Source: Catajapyx aquilonaris (Eukaryota). Taken from it: a stretch of 32,278 nt of DNA. The DNA lies in assembly GCA_000934665.2 (NCBI GenBank), contig JYFJ02004431.1:1-32278 (forward strand), written 5' to 3'. The notes under the pieces were generated by a model. It was not told the origin of the DNA. It did not search any database and saw only the letters and a list, made by a program, of their open reading frames with translations. Position numbers and translations under genes: made by a program. This document shows, one piece after another, positions 31,689 through 32,278 of this stretch (its first letter is position 1; every line of letters begins with the position of its first letter).

Positions 31689-32278
31689 AAGAATTTTTTG
31701 AAGGGGAGGTGTGGTGTTGGGGAGGCTTGACCACGTCCTAATTCACACTGCTTGATTTACAACGCCTCAAAGCCCCAGAAGGCTTCTTAATTTTACTAAC
31801 ATGCGGATCTGATTTGCTTACTTCTTTAGCGATGTGATTGTCACTTAGGGATTGATGGAAGGCCCATTAAAGAGGACTGGGGTGAGGTGAAGGGGAAGCA
31901 CGCTGATCGCGTCTTCTAGAAGGCGCCTCCCATCCGGGCATCTTTCCTTTTTTTTATACCTCCTTGGTCACAGGTTCGTTGTCCGTTGACACGTGTAATG
32001 TCGCCACCATTCTGTACCGTTGCGCCGACAAGTCTGCAAAATGGCATCTCCCGATAGAGAGATTCGATGCTCCGTTTATTTTTTATTTTTTTTATTTTAC
32101 TAAAAAGTGGGTGGGCGTGGTGGAGAAGTTAATGGCGGCAGAGAAGGGCACGAGATCGTGGACCAAGGAGAAGGCCTCCTCAGCTGTTTACTGCCCCCTT
32201 CCCCCTCCATACCACTTCAGAATTTATGTACGTGGACGCAGGTTTATGAGAATGACTTCAGTCGCTGGCCAAGGTTGC

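Larger units (their letters stand above)
4082..32278 (+). other. Probable large first intron (3' end not located; may contain small unrecognised exons)
   Basis: Begins at the GTGAGT donor. Downstream sequence lacks convincing coding exons and contains a MITE, microsatellites, homopolymers and transcription-factor-motif-rich segments. Confidence 0.45.

Noticed and set aside
31974..32278. Strong acceptor followed by a phase-1 frame open to the window end
   Set aside because: The frame runs through a poly-T low-complexity tract (FIFYFFYF) and has no recognisable content. It cannot be excluded as an exon without RNA data.
1..32278. CRISPR array, phage or defence operon, rRNA/tRNA genes, autonomous transposon or retroelement ORFs
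   Set aside because: I found no regularly spaced repeat-spacer array, no gene-dense coding structure, and no RT, integrase or transposase motifs in the supplied ORF translations.

Overview
This is eukaryotic DNA, most likely from an invertebrate bilaterian. It has intermediate GC, no obvious CpG depletion, a near-consensus CTCF site and a TCAGT-type initiator, and it is almost entirely non-coding. None of the supplied six-frame ORFs (longest 202 aa, low-complexity) resembles a protein family I recognise, and there are no prokaryotic features (operons, rRNA, tRNA, CRISPR). The one well-supported gene feature is a + strand first coding exon at 4006-4081. It encodes a signal peptide (MRKVEGLVVLLVLALYGADA|VLDER) and ends in a phase-1 GTGAGT donor. 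Upstream lie a candidate core promoter (octamer, CCAAT, TCAGTC) and a ~200-nt leader whose only ATG opens a strong-context 8-codon uORF; the uORF stop overlaps the main start as ATGA. The remaining ~28 kb reads as a large intron with no confidently identifiable second exon. It carries a clear ~218-bp TA-flanked MITE (14051-14268), a 19-bp perfect-arm hairpin (8735-8805), degenerate local duplications, microsatellites and G-quadruplex-type tracts. It also shows apparent excesses of CRE, octamer, CACGTGAC E-box and Su(H)/CSL motifs. I do not see convincing evidence of a novel multi-component system. The best leads are translational control of the secreted-protein gene and its intronic cis-regulatory landscape. 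Motif counts were made by eye and are minimum values; expected counts are rough hand estimates.
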